Positions 28,785 through 38,691 of a stretch of 64,000 nt of DNA are shown here, piece by piece. The number at the start of each line of letters is the position of its first letter. Position 1 is the first letter of the stretch. Below the pieces are notes generated by a model. The model had not been told where the DNA came from. It did no database searches and was given only the letters and a program-made list of their open reading frames with translations. The stretch is from contig JAMCZE010000004.1 in the NCBI GenBank assembly GCA_023485845.1, forward strand, positions 1,358 to 65,357, given 5' to 3'. This DNA is from Patescibacteria group bacterium (GTDB lineage Bacteria; Patescibacteriota; Microgenomatia; JAMCZE01). The position numbers and the translations under genes are program-made.

Positions 28785-29885
28785 ATGCCTAAATTGTCAA
28801 GTCCAAAAGTCGCTTTAGTTTATGATCGGGTTAATAAGTTTGGTGGGGCGGAGCGGGTGCTGTTGGCGCTGCATGAGATTTGGCCGGAAGCACCGCTTTA
28901 CACTTCTGTTTATGACAAAAAGCGGACCCCATGGGCCGATGCCTTCGAAGTGAGGACATCATTTCTTCAAAAATTACCCCTGCCAAAAAGTAAACATGAA
29001 TATTACCCATTTTTAATGGGTCCGGCTTTTGAGACGTTCAATTTTGATGAATTTGACATTGTCATCTCCGTTACCCATGAATTTTCCAAGGCAATTATCA
29101 CTAAATCGGGAACCCGGCACATTTGCTATTGTTTAAACCCGGTTAGTTATCTTTGGTCCGGACATGATGATTATTTTTCCGGCAAACCCGATTGGTTTAA
29201 GGACCTCACCCAACCAATGATTAACTACTTGCGTCTTTACGACAAAGTGATTTGTCGTCGGCCGGATAAATATATTGCCATTTCCAAAGTCGTTAAGGAA
29301 AGAATAAAGAAATATTATGGCCTCAATAGTGACGTGATTTATCCGCCAGTGGTTTTAAAAGACGTGGTCTTGAGTCGCCAAGACCACGTCTTGCGAAGTG
29401 ATTTTTTCCTTGTTGTTTCCCGGCTTGTTCCCAATAAACGGGTGGATTTAGCTGTCAAGGCATTCAATGAGTTAGGTTGGCCAATAAAAATTGTGGGTGT
29501 CGGTTCACAGGAAGAAAAACTTAAAGGAATGGCTAAGAAAAACATTGAGTTTTTAGGCCAGTTGACAGATGCCGAGCTGGCACGGTACTATGAATCTTGC
29601 CGCGCTCTGATTGAGCCGGGCGAGGTGGACTTTGGATTGGTGGCGCTGGAGGCGCAAAGTTATGGGAAACCGGTGGTGGCCTATGGCGCTGGCGGGTCGC
29701 GGGAAACGGTGATTCCCAGCAAAACCGGATTCTTTTTTTCAGCGCCGACAGCCAAAAGTTTAGTGGAGACAATTTCCGAAGTTAATCTTGATAAAATTGA
29801 TCCGAATGATTGTGCTACCAACGCGGCTAAATTTTCGAAAGAGCGGTTTAAGAAAGAGTTTTTAGACTATGTACGACATTCTTAA
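28785..29885 (+). CDS. GT4 glycosyltransferase
   Basis: 366 aa, C-terminal GT1 fold motifs (VALEAQSYGKPVVAYGAGGSRET). Confidence 0.8.
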   Translation: MPKLSSPKVALVYDRVNKFGGAERVLLALHEIWPEAPLYTSVYDKKRTPWADAFEVRTSFLQKLPLPKSKHEYYPFLMGPAFETFNFDEFDIVISVTHEFSKAIITKSGTRHICYCLNPVSYLWSGHDDYFSGKPDWFKDLTQPMINYLRLYDKVICRRPDKYIAISKVVKERIKKYYGLNSDVIYPPVVLKDVVLSRQDHVLRSDFFLVVSRLVPNKRVDLAVKAFNELGWPIKIVGVGSQEEKLKGMAKKNIEFLGQLTDAELARYYESCRALIEPGEVDFGLVALEAQSYGKPVVAYGAGGSRETVIPSKTGFFFSAPTAKSLVETISEVNLDKIDPNDCATNAAKFSKERFKKEFLDYVRHS

Positions 29886-30504
29886 AAGGATAATTGACAT
29901 TGTCGGCGCGGGGGTCCTGCTGATTATTTTTTCCCCCATCATGATTTTGACAGCAATTGCTATTAGACTGGATTCGTCAGGACCGATTTTTGCCGATACC
30001 CCGCCGCGTGTTGGCCGGGGAGGGAAACTAATTCATGTTTACAAATTTCGCTCGATGATTCCCAATGCCCAGAAGTTATTGATGACTGATCCCAGGCTAA
30101 AAAGGCTTTTCAGACAGTACAAAGAAAATAACTATAAACTCAAAGATGACCCGCGAATTACCAGGGTGGGGGCTTTCATTCGCCGGCACTCAATTGATGA
30201 ATTCCCGCAATTTATCAACGTTCTCATTGGTAATATGAGCTTAGTCGGCCCCCGGCCATACTACGAATTTGAACTTAAAGAACAGGTGGCAAAATTTCCG
30301 GAGGTTAAGCCGTTGTTAAATGATGTCCATTCGGCACTGCCGGGAATTACCGGAGAGTGGCAAGTCTCTGGGCGCAGCGAAGTGGATTTTGATAAGAGAA
30401 TTCAGTTGGATGCGCAGTATGCCCGCAAGAGGGATATTTTATATGATATATTAATAATGTTGAAAACTCCCTGGGCGATTATCCACGGCACGGGAGCTTA
30501 TTAA
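29869..30504 (+). CDS. Small monotopic phosphoglycosyl transferase (bacterial sugar transferase, PglC/WbaP C-terminal-domain type)
   Basis: [20 protein letters not shown]...KFRSM...[21 protein letters not shown] are the hallmark motifs of the PF02397 initiating transferase. Confidence 0.85.
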   Translation: MYDILKRIIDIVGAGVLLIIFSPIMILTAIAIRLDSSGPIFADTPPRVGRGGKLIHVYKFRSMIPNAQKLLMTDPRLKRLFRQYKENNYKLKDDPRITRVGAFIRRHSIDEFPQFINVLIGNMSLVGPRPYYEFELKEQVAKFPEVKPLLNDVHSALPGITGEWQVSGRSEVDFDKRIQLDAQYARKRDILYDILIMLKTPWAIIHGTGAY

Positions 30505-30507
30505 TTT

Positions 30508-32394
30508 ATGGACGAAGAAATAAAAGAGATTAAGTTGGACAGTCAGCCGACGTTAACGCCGGTTAAGCCGAAGCGGTCGTTTAAAAAAATTCTTCTCGCG
30601 GCCGCGGCGGTGCTAGTTTTTCTTGGCGTAATTGTCGGCATTCCCTTGGCCAAGGCTTATGTTGACGGCAAAGCGGCCTATCAGCAAACGCTGGCTGTCA
30701 AGGATGCCATTAAATCCTCGGATTTACCACAGGCACAGGTTGCGATCAAGGCCACCCGGACAAAATTGCAGGCAGTTCGGGGCGACCTGAAATTAATTGG
30801 TTGGACCAGTTTTATCCCTTTTCTGGGTGGCTACACTTCCGATGCTAACCACATGATTAACGCGGCGGATTATGGCTTGCAGGCGGCCGATGTGGTGGTG
30901 GCCGGAGTGGAACCATACGCCGACCTTTTGGGTCTTAAGGGCAAGGGCACGTTTACCGGTGGCACGGCCGAGGATCGAATTGCGGAGATGGTCCAGACTT
31001 TGGGCAAAGTGACACCGCAGATTGACGATGTGGCGGCAAAAGTTAAGCTAGTTCGTCAGGAAGTGGATAAAGTCGACCCTGGTCGCTACCCGGGTAATAT
31101 TAATTCGCAATTAACCGACGCGAAGAATTTAATTGATTTGGCGGACAACTTCTTGACGCAGGCCCGGCCGATGGTTAAGCAGTTGCCGGATATGCTTGGG
31201 GCTAACGGTGAGCGCAAGTATATGGTGCTTTTCCAAAACGACAAAGAACTGCGCCCCACCGGCGGATTTATCACCGCCTACGCGATTTTTCGCGTTGACC
31301 AGGGCCGGATTCACCTGGACTCCTCGGATGATATTTATAAGCTTGATGACACCATCACTAAGCATGTGGCGCCGCCGGATCCGATCTCTCGGTATCTTAA
31401 TGTTTATGGCTGGCGGCTGCGTGACTCAAACTTTTCTCCGGATTTTCCCTCGTCAATGCAGGTGTTCACCGATTTATATAACTCTTCCTCAGCCAAACAG
31501 AATTTAAACGGAATCATCGCCATGGACACCGATGTCCTCACCAAAATGATGGGCGTGTTGGGGCCGATTGATGCCTATGGCACGACGTTCACCACCAAAA
31601 CCGTTCCCACCTGCGATTGCCCGATGGTGATTTATGAATTGGAACAATATGCTGACCAGCCAACCAACTATGTGCGCGGCAGCCGTAAAGACATTATCGG
31701 CGTTCTTCTTCAAACAATGATGCAAAAAGCGATGGGATCGGCTCGGGAGGTCTACGCCCCCCTAATTCAGACAGCGATGGCCGAAGCGACACAAAAACAC
31801 ATTTTGTTTTACCTCTATAATGCCGACGCCCAGGCGGGGGTTAATGCTCTGGGTTTTGGCGGGGCGATTAAAACTAACCCTGGCGGTGACTACTTGCATG
31901 TTAACGACGCCAATCTGGCCGGAGCAAAGTCTAATCTTTATGTAACGCAAGCCGTTAAACAGGAAGTTTCGGTGACAGACACAGGGGCAGATGTGACCCT
32001 GACATTGAATTACCGCTATCCCCATCAGGCGGACAATTGCTCCCTAGAGAGAAAAACTGGCCTATGTCTGGCGGGAATCTACCGCGATTATTTACGGGTA
32101 TATCTGCCATTAGGAGCCACCATTGGTGAAGTTCGCGGTTTTGAAAACACCAGCAAAACTTTCCAGGATCTAAATCACACGGTGGTGGACGGTTTCTTCA
32201 CGGTTGTCCCCGAAGGGCTGGCCAAAATTCAGATTTCGTATAAAGTCTCGGGAAACTTCAAAAAAGACGGTGTTTATAAAAGTCTGATCCAAAAGCAGCC
32301 GGGGACAGCGGGCAATCAATACACGCTAATTGTTAATGGGAAACAGCAGGTCTTCAACCTGACCCAGGATCAGGAAATCAGTGTTAAACTCTAG
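30508..32394 (+). CDS. DUF4012 domain-containing membrane-anchored protein
   Basis: 628 aa, N-terminal TM anchor, ERKYMVLFQNDKELRPTGGFITAYAIFRVDQGRIHL (the conserved DUF4012 core). It typically sits next to the sugar transferase. Confidence 0.75.
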   Translation: MDEEIKEIKLDSQPTLTPVKPKRSFKKILLAAAAVLVFLGVIVGIPLAKAYVDGKAAYQQTLAVKDAIKSSDLPQAQVAIKATRTKLQAVRGDLKLIGWTSFIPFLGGYTSDANHMINAADYGLQAADVVVAGVEPYADLLGLKGKGTFTGGTAEDRIAEMVQTLGKVTPQIDDVAAKVKLVRQEVDKVDPGRYPGNINSQLTDAKNLIDLADNFLTQARPMVKQLPDMLGANGERKYMVLFQNDKELRPTGGFITAYAIFRVDQGRIHLDSSDDIYKLDDTITKHVAPPDPISRYLNVYGWRLRDSNFSPDFPSSMQVFTDLYNSSSAKQNLNGIIAMDTDVLTKMMGVLGPIDAYGTTFTTKTVPTCDCPMVIYELEQYADQPTNYVRGSRKDIIGVLLQTMMQKAMGSAREVYAPLIQTAMAEATQKHILFYLYNADAQAGVNALGFGGAIKTNPGGDYLHVNDANLAGAKSNLYVTQAVKQEVSVTDTGADVTLTLNYRYPHQADNCSLERKTGLCLAGIYRDYLRVYLPLGATIGEVRGFENTSKTFQDLNHTVVDGFFTVVPEGLAKIQISYKVSGNFKKDGVYKSLIQKQPGTAGNQYTLIVNGKQQVFNLTQDQEISVKL

Positions 32395-32908
32395 TAAAAT
32401 CGAGGGGGTCATCCTTAAACGGTCCAATCTGGGAGAAGCGGACAAAATTATCATTTTTTTCTCCCGACAGCTGGGAAAAACCAAAGTGCTGGCTAAGGGT
32501 GTTCGGCGGATCAGAAGCCGGCGCGCCCCCGACCTGGAACTATTTAACCATGTTAGTCTGGTTGTCCACCATAGCAAGACGTTTAATCTCGTCACCGAGG
32601 CAAAGACAATCAATAATTACTCTTTGCTTAAGTCCGATTTAAAATCATCCGGTTATCTGTTCTATCTTTGCGAGGTCTTGGATAAGATCTTACCGGAGGA
32701 CCAGCCTCATCCGGACTTGTTTGGCAATTTTTTGGCATTTCTCAATTCGCCGCTTAACCAAGATGGTGTTAAAAGATTTGTCGTGGAACTGTTATGGTCG
32801 TTGGGCTATTTGCCCCGCGGCCAATATCCTCGGGCTGGCGTCACCGACCTTGTCGAATCCATCGTCGAGCGTCCCATCCGCAGCAAGAAGTTTTTGGAAG
32901 AGATTTAA
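32381..32908 (+). CDS. recO: DNA repair protein RecO (short form, no C-terminal zinc-finger region)
   Basis: GTG start; IEGVILKRSNLGEADKIIIFFSRQLGKTKVLAKGVRRIRSRRA matches the RecO N-terminal OB-fold region. Confidence 0.7.
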   Translation: MLNSSKIEGVILKRSNLGEADKIIIFFSRQLGKTKVLAKGVRRIRSRRAPDLELFNHVSLVVHHSKTFNLVTEAKTINNYSLLKSDLKSSGYLFYLCEVLDKILPEDQPHPDLFGNFLAFLNSPLNQDGVKRFVVELLWSLGYLPRGQYPRAGVTDLVESIVERPIRSKKFLEEI

Positions 32909-32950
32909 CCTTGTTGACTTCTTGGAAGGTGAATAGTATTGTAAAGACAA

Positions 32951-33601
32951 ATGGAAACGAATGATGTTGCAGCAAAAGATCAGTGGAAATCGACTAAACC
33001 GGAGGAAGTGGTAAAACTTGGAAAAATGGGGACCACCTGGAAACACGGTCTTCTAGGCGCATTTTATTATATGAGCTCAACCGGGCTTCAGGAATCGCCA
33101 AGATATCCCCAAGAGGAGCCATTCACAGCGACGCTAAAAGAATACACTGATGGTTGGCACACCATCAAGTATCAAGAACCTGATGGGGAGGGGATTTATT
33201 GGCAACTTGACTATAAGAAAAATCCAAACAACGAAGTTGAGTGGAAATTCGATACTGTCATTCATGGCCAACACCTCCCGGTGGGTTTTAGTATCAGACC
33301 GAGTTCTATCGACTATGGGAAATATGCGCCCAGACTAATTTGTGATGAGCGTCAGTATTGGGATGCCCATAGTATTCAAGCGCAAGCTAAACAAATGGCC
33401 GAGTTCTTGTCAGATCCAGGTTTCAATGGGGTTCTTCCCAAAGACCTGTTGCCGGACGCTGCCCTAGCAGCAAGAGAATTAGCGGATCGTTGGGGTAAAG
33501 AAATAGACGCCGTTAGTGATCCAAATTCTGAGCTTAGGGCCTTGAATTATCAGAAACTCGAGGCTCAAGCTAATAAAGTAAAATCGGCAATGGGCTCCTA
33601 A
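32951..33601 (+). CDS. Hypothetical protein
   Basis: 216 aa ORF, AT-richer, no recognisable motifs; its stop is 2 nt from the convergent downstream stop. Confidence 0.45.
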   Translation: METNDVAAKDQWKSTKPEEVVKLGKMGTTWKHGLLGAFYYMSSTGLQESPRYPQEEPFTATLKEYTDGWHTIKYQEPDGEGIYWQLDYKKNPNNEVEWKFDTVIHGQHLPVGFSIRPSSIDYGKYAPRLICDERQYWDAHSIQAQAKQMAEFLSDPGFNGVLPKDLLPDAALAARELADRWGKEIDAVSDPNSELRALNYQKLEAQANKVKSAMGS

Positions 33602-33603
33602 AG

Positions 33604-34489
33604 TCACTTCTGTAAAAATTCAGCGAAAGATTTTGGAGGATTCTTCAGGAGATTTTCTAAGACTTTTCCGGGCATTATGATCTCTCTTAATAGTTTCTGA
33701 ATTCTTCTTGCAACATACGAATAGCCTAATGGGTAGCACAATTCTTGCAATTTTTGACAAGTTCTTCCGATATTGTAGTTGTTGTTCATTCGTAAAGCCC
33801 GGAAAAGCTCCCCTAGTGTAGTTTGAAAATCATTCACTATTTTCTCTAATTGATATGGACGATAATAATGCTCTTCTGCTTTAGTAAAAGCAGGCTTTGA
33901 AAATTGATCATTCTTTAAACCCGTATATATTCCAGCCCAACTTGCTACTCCCTCATCAACAATATGCATAATGTAGGCATTTTGTAGTTCTCCCTGAAGA
34001 CGAGCATAGGCATTATTGTAAGTGTCTTCCATCACGATTTTCCTAACACGTTTAAGGCTAAGGGTGTATGCGGGTTCTCGTCTATTCACCCACGCATGCA
34101 TATCTTCGTGCAAGGTTGCATGCTGCTGTCCACTTACATCCCCACGTATAAACAACAACGAAGAAAGGTATAACCGTGTCGGTACGATCATCGTAAAAAC
34201 TTTCCTCCTTTGTTACGTCGTCTTCCTGGAAATTACGAAAATTTACATGGCCCTCTTTTAAATTATTGATAAACAAGACTAAATGACGAAGCCCCATTTG
34301 GCGTTGATTATAAATTACCACCCTCGGTTTCCTCTCGCCAAACGATATACCTAACGTCTGTTCCAAGGTTTCAGCCCAAGAATTAGAAATTTCTTCCAAT
34401 CCAAGCCAGCGTCTTATTTCTGCCCTGGGTTTCTCCAATTTAGACTTAACACCAGAAGAATGTGCAAGATCAGACGACAATTCATTCAC
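33604..34489 (-). pseudogene. Hypothetical protein of about 295 aa, apparently frameshifted (track ORFs 34489..34082 and 34191..33604 overlap in different frames)
   Basis: The two minus-strand ORFs overlap by about 110 nt. The N-part ends ...DRTDTVIPFF and the C-part starts MIVPTRLYLSS in the +1 frame. GTG start at 34489. Confidence 0.4.
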
Positions 34490-34531
34490 TGGTGTAAATA
34501 ATACTACATTTGTAAATTGGGGTCTATTCTA

Positions 34532-34560
34532 TTGACAGGAAAATTTTTATGGGATACAAT
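34532..34560 (+). promoter_or_regulatory. Near-consensus sigma70 promoter TTGACA-17-TACAAT
   Basis: Exact TTGACA, 17-nt spacer, TACAAT. It lies in the divergent region between the minus-strand gene (start 34489) and the small + strand ORF. Confidence 0.5.
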
Positions 34561-34591
34561 TATCACAGTATTAGCATATATTACAAAGCTT

Positions 34592-34831
34592 ATGACCGAA
34601 AGACCACGTTTCAATAACGAAAGAAGAAAGGTTTCGTTAGCTCAACTTTACAGTGTGTTGGCGATTACGGCTGGAGTAACAATGGATGTAATGGTGGGAA
34701 TTCTTAATATAGACTTCCTCAGGGGTATGTATTTTGAAGCTACTTACCCAGATCTTTTAATAGTTGGAGCAGTAATGGTTGTTGCTGGGGCAATTGGTTA
34801 TGCCGTTGCCTCTAAGCCCGAAAATAGGTAA
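34592..34831 (+). CDS. Small membrane protein (2 predicted TM helices)
   Basis: First ATG downstream of the promoter; MTERPRFNNERRK...LAITAGVTMDVMVGILNI...LLIVGAVMVVAGAIGYAVA. The track ORF begins at an upstream TTG that overlaps the promoter. Confidence 0.4.
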   Translation: MTERPRFNNERRKVSLAQLYSVLAITAGVTMDVMVGILNIDFLRGMYFEATYPDLLIVGAVMVVAGAIGYAVASKPENR

Positions 34832-34912
34832 ACATTTTCTAACGACGCGACGCTTCATCACTTTTTAACTGCCATGATGTTGCTTATTGTTGAATAGGAT
34901 ATAATTAGTTGA

Positions 34913-35284
34913 ATGGTAGATGCAATAAAAGATAAAGGACAGGGTGAAGTTGGGAAACCAGATATTAAAGTTGCCTTTGATAAGTTGCCAAGACAGTCGC
35001 AAGGGCTTCTTATTTCCATGACGCATTTTCCCTCTGCGTCTGGGGGAACAAGGGAGGCAGTTTTGGCAATTTCGGGTCTGGATGAGGCCGAGTTGGATAA
35101 AGCATTGGCAGATCTCTCCAAATTTGGGTTGGTACAAAAAGGAAAGTTAGTGGGCGAAGGGAGAGATAAACGGCTAGTCGAAGATGGAAACGGTGATCGG
35201 TTTAGTCTCGAGGCCGAGACAAAAGCCGGTGTTTTTGAGAAAATTCTGGAAATGCCATTTAATAAAGAAGATCCCCTGTTTTGA
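34913..35284 (+). CDS. Hypothetical protein (possible helix-turn-helix region)
   Basis: 123 aa; a TATAAT -10 element lies 8 nt upstream; its stop is 4 nt from the convergent stop of the next gene. Confidence 0.45.
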   Translation: MVDAIKDKGQGEVGKPDIKVAFDKLPRQSQGLLISMTHFPSASGGTREAVLAISGLDEAELDKALADLSKFGLVQKGKLVGEGRDKRLVEDGNGDRFSLEAETKAGVFEKILEMPFNKEDPLF

Positions 35285-35288
35285 TTAA

Positions 35289-35783
35289 TTAAGACGGGTT
35301 TTGACCATTTTCCGGGATTTCAATAATCCCAATTACTATTTTTCCTTTCTTCACGAATTCTGGTAGGTTGTTTGTGACGATTGCGTGAGCGCTGTTATCC
35401 CTGGTGTGATAGAGAACAATAACATCCTTGTCTTTAGGTAGCTCTACTTGTTGAGGGCCGGTGTGTAGAACTAAACCTAGTTCAGCACAGATCTTCGGTA
35501 TATCTGCGCCGTCAACGACGTCAGGCAGGTTTTCCACATCAATACCTTGTGCCTCTCTGAGAGCTCGACGCAGACACCGTCCAGTCTCATCTTCTGATCC
35601 AGTTGGTGATTTATAGTTACCTTGCAATTTAATTTTCTTGAGAGGTAAGTTGACTTTACCTTCCCTATCAAGTTTATCAGCTTGGTGGAACTGAGCGAGG
35701 TCTTCTGCTTCAAGTTCACCCCTTGCAGCTGCTTTCTGGTAATGCTTAAAGAATCTTTCAGTTGCTGAATCTTGGCTAGGCAT
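35289..35783 (-). CDS. Hypothetical protein
   Basis: 164 aa, ATG at 35783, no recognisable family. Confidence 0.45.
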   Translation of the reverse strand: MPSQDSATERFFKHYQKAAARGELEAEDLAQFHQADKLDREGKVNLPLKKIKLQGNYKSPTGSEDETGRCLRRALREAQGIDVENLPDVVDGADIPKICAELGLVLHTGPQQVELPKDKDVIVLYHTRDNSAHAIVTNNLPEFVKKGKIVIGIIEIPENGQNPS

Positions 35784-35889
35784 ATTAGTCTATAATATAG
35801 CATAAACAGAAGATTTAAGGTTGGTAAATTTCTTTATGGCGAAATTTGATATGCTAAGAATATGGACTTGTTGAAAAAATTTGTCAGTC

Positions 35890-35918
35890 TTGACAGAGAA
35901 TTACGACCGCGGTATACT
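35890..35918 (+). promoter_or_regulatory. Sigma70-like promoter TTGACA-17-TATACT upstream of NYN/glyS
   Basis: Exact TTGACA, 17-nt spacer, TATACT. Confidence 0.4.
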
Positions 35919-35931
35919 AAAAACATAACCG

Positions 35932-35970
35932 CCTCAGCCATGTCGCAAGACCCGCTGAGGTTATTTTTTT
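35932..35970 (+). terminator. Leader hairpin plus T-run (terminator/attenuator-like) between the promoter and the NYN start codon
   Basis: CCTCAGC-(15 nt loop)-GCTGAGG followed by TTATTTTTTT. The T-run abuts the start codon, leaving no room for an SD. Confidence 0.45.
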
Positions 35971-35971
35971 G

Positions 35972-36550
35972 ATGAAAACAGTCATTTTTATTGATGGTGA
36001 AAATTTTATTCACAAAATTGAGGATGTTTTAGAGGAGAGTGGTGTTGAACAAAAGAAGATCAACCAGTCAAAGATTAAACTGAAGCAGCTTCTGGAAAAA
36101 GTTTTGGCGCCACAAAAAATCGACCAAGTCGTTTTTTATGCAGCCAAACTTCATTTTTATCCCGAGACGGCGCAGAGATCTCAACTGCTCATCAACCGCC
36201 AGCGGTCACTAAAGGCCGAGCTTGAGAAACAAAAGATTACTTTCATTATTGCCGGGAACGTTCGCGCCCAAGTTGTCACCGGTGGGAAAACAGTCTTTAA
36301 AGAGAAAGGTGTCGATGTTAAAATGGCAATAGATATGGTAACGCAGGCCTGCGACCATAAATTAAAAACGGCTGTTATCTGTTCAAGTGATTCTGACCTT
36401 CAACCGGCAGTTTATGAACTCAAGAAACGAAAGGTTGAGACAATTTATTTAGGTTTTGAAACAAGCCCAAATAAAGGGCTAACCGCAACGACTGATAAAT
36501 CAATTCTCTTTCGAAATGCAGAAATTTTGGAAGCATTTAGAGAAAGTTAA
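35972..36550 (+). CDS. NYN-domain (LabA-like, PIN-fold) protein, second paralog
   Basis: VIFIDGENF...KGVDVKMAIDMV...VICSSDSDLQPAV are the canonical NYN motifs. Confidence 0.7.
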   Translation: MKTVIFIDGENFIHKIEDVLEESGVEQKKINQSKIKLKQLLEKVLAPQKIDQVVFYAAKLHFYPETAQRSQLLINRQRSLKAELEKQKITFIIAGNVRAQVVTGGKTVFKEKGVDVKMAIDMVTQACDHKLKTAVICSSDSDLQPAVYELKKRKVETIYLGFETSPNKGLTATTDKSILFRNAEILEAFRES

Positions 36551-36553
36551 ACT

Positions 36554-37822
36554 ATGGACTTGATGGAAAAAATTGTCAGCCTTTGCAAGCGGCGGGGATT
36601 TGTTTATCCCGGCAGTGAGATCTATGGAGGATTGTCCAACACTTGGGATTTCGGGCCATTTGGATTGGCACTGCGCAAAAACATCAAGGCGCTCTGGTGG
36701 CGGGAATTTGTGGAGAAGGAAGAGAACATTTTAGGCCTTGATGGGGGAATTATTCTTTCGCCACGGGTTTGGGAGGCCTCTGGTCATGTGGAAAACTTCA
36801 CTGATCCCCTGGTGGAATGTAAAAGTTGCCACACCCGTTTTCGGGCCGATCAGTTAGGGGACACTAAGAAATGCCCGGATTGCGGTGGTCAATTGTCCGA
36901 GCCGCGGCGGTTTAATGGAATGTTTCGCACCACAGTCGGGGCGACGGAAGACTCAAACGCCGTGGTTTATCTCCGGCCGGAAACAGCCCAGGCAATTTTT
37001 ATTAACTTTAAAAATATCGTTGATTCGTTTCATCCAAAACTGCCGTTTGGCATTGCCCAAATCGGTAAAGCATTTCGTAACGAAATCACGGCGGGAAACT
37101 TTATTTTCCGCGATATTGAGTTTGAACAACATGAACTGGAGTATTTTCTGCCGGAGGCAATCTGGGAAGAAAAATATGACTATTGGCTGGCAAAGATGCA
37201 CGACTTTGCCAAGTTAATCGGCCTGGCGCCGGAGATGGTTCACGAGCGGGAACATTCTCCCCAGGAACGCTCCCACTATTCAAAAAAAACCGTTGATCTG
37301 GAATTTGACTTCCCGTTTGGCCGCAAAGAACTTTGGGGGCTGGCCTACCGGACAGATTATGACCTGCGCAACCACAGTGAGAAGTCAGGGGTGGATTTGA
37401 AATATGAAGGCAGCTTTCCCCATGTGATTGAACCATCAATGGGGGTGGATCGGACCATGCTGGCTGTTTTGTGTTCTGCCTACTTCGAAGATGAAAAGCG
37501 GGTAGTTTTGAAACTTCAGCCCAGTTTGGCGCCTTATAAAGTTGCCGTTTTTCCTTTGGTGGCCAACAAAGAAGAGCTGGTGGGCAAGGCAAGGGGGATT
37601 TATGAGAAGTTAAAAAAGAGTTTCATGACCGCCTGGGATGACCGGGGAAATATCGGAAAAAGATACCTCTCTCAGGATGAAATCGGGACGCCGTGGTGCG
37701 TGACGGTGGACTACCAAACCTTGGAGGACGACACGGTGACGATTCGAGATCGAAATACCACTAGACAAGAGCGAATAAAAGTTGCTAATCTAGAAACATG
37801 GATAAAAGAAAGATTGGTGTAA
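36554..37822 (+). CDS. glyS: Glycyl-tRNA synthetase, dimeric class II (archaeal/eukaryote-like GlyRS), short form
   Basis: [37 protein letters not shown] is the GlyRS N-terminus. Also a Cys4-type insertion CKSCH...CPDCGG and class II motifs. Confidence 0.9.
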   Translation: MDLMEKIVSLCKRRGFVYPGSEIYGGLSNTWDFGPFGLALRKNIKALWWREFVEKEENILGLDGGIILSPRVWEASGHVENFTDPLVECKSCHTRFRADQLGDTKKCPDCGGQLSEPRRFNGMFRTTVGATEDSNAVVYLRPETAQAIFINFKNIVDSFHPKLPFGIAQIGKAFRNEITAGNFIFRDIEFEQHELEYFLPEAIWEEKYDYWLAKMHDFAKLIGLAPEMVHEREHSPQERSHYSKKTVDLEFDFPFGRKELWGLAYRTDYDLRNHSEKSGVDLKYEGSFPHVIEPSMGVDRTMLAVLCSAYFEDEKRVVLKLQPSLAPYKVAVFPLVANKEELVGKARGIYEKLKKSFMTAWDDRGNIGKRYLSQDEIGTPWCVTVDYQTLEDDTVTIRDRNTTRQERIKVANLETWIKERLV

Positions 37823-38298
37823 TCGCCGCGGTTATTATTGTTTTGGTGGGTGCTGTTGGGCTAATGGTCTATCAAAAGTCCCAGGTTAAACCAGCGGCCA
37901 CACCGTCGGCCGTGTCCACTTCACCAACCGTGGCTAAGGTGGATCTTTCCACCCAACCGGCGTGGGTGCAAAATTTGGAGGTGACTGCAAAAAAGGGCCG
38001 TAGTGCTAATGGGCTGGACAATGTGACGGTGACGGTGACAGGCATCCCAGCCAACACCGTTTCCGGGGTAACCTATGTGATGCAGTATCAAACGACCAAT
38101 AAGGGCACCCAGGGAGCCCTATCGATGACTCCAATTGATCTCACTGGTAGAACGACATTCTCCAAGGCCATTGATCTGGGAACGTGTTCCACCAGTTCTT
38201 GTGTGCGCCACGAAGGTGTCACCTCCGTTGACTTAGAGCTGGATTTTGTTGCCCTCGACGGCTCCAAGCCGGTCTGGGAAAAAACTCTTGACCTATAA
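37798..38298 (+). CDS. Hypothetical membrane-anchored, Thr/Ser-rich secreted protein
   Basis: N-terminal [21 protein letters not shown], then a T/S/V-rich domain; overlaps the glyS stop by 25 nt. Confidence 0.45.
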   Translation: MDKRKIGVIAAVIIVLVGAVGLMVYQKSQVKPAATPSAVSTSPTVAKVDLSTQPAWVQNLEVTAKKGRSANGLDNVTVTVTGIPANTVSGVTYVMQYQTTNKGTQGALSMTPIDLTGRTTFSKAIDLGTCSTSSCVRHEGVTSVDLELDFVALDGSKPVWEKTLDL

Positions 38299-38325
38299 TA
38301 AACAAGGAGTTATAATACCCTCGTT

Positions 38326-38691
38326 ATGGGACAGAAGCTGAAAAGTTGTGAACAACTCTTAAAGTCGTGTGGAGATAGCATCACGCCAATATCTCGGTAT
38401 CTCCTGTTTAAAGACGGTGACATCCATGTGATATCGAGACGTGGCGAAGACCATGGTGATGTTCTTGATACCTCTGGATATAGCCAAGATGAGGTTCATC
38501 TTGCCGGGATGATTATGGCAATGAAATTAAGAAGCCAAACATATTTTTCCGTCGATGCGAATGGCTCACACACTCTTGCCCTACGTTTTCATCGACCAAT
38601 AAATGTGGGCCAAGGTAATCCAGAAGTCGTTATTGCTAAACTTAAAGAATTGCCGGACGCTGCCAACTTCAATTTTCAAGCAAGCGAATAG
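38326..38691 (+). CDS. Hypothetical protein
   Basis: 121 aa ORF; AAGGAG about 15 nt upstream. Confidence 0.4.
   Translation: MGQKLKSCEQLLKSCGDSITPISRYLLFKDGDIHVISRRGEDHGDVLDTSGYSQDEVHLAGMIMAMKLRSQTYFSVDANGSHTLALRFHRPINVGQGNPEVVIAKLKELPDAANFNFQASE

Noticed and set aside
35477-35803. Second minus-strand ORF (108 aa) overlapping 35289..35783 in another frame
   Set aside because: It is shorter, fully nested within the longer ORF, and its translation is low-complexity. The longer ORF was kept.
36885-37592. ORFs 36885..37217 (+) and 37101..37592 (-) inside glyS
   Set aside because: They are embedded in a high-confidence GlyRS reading frame and are spurious.
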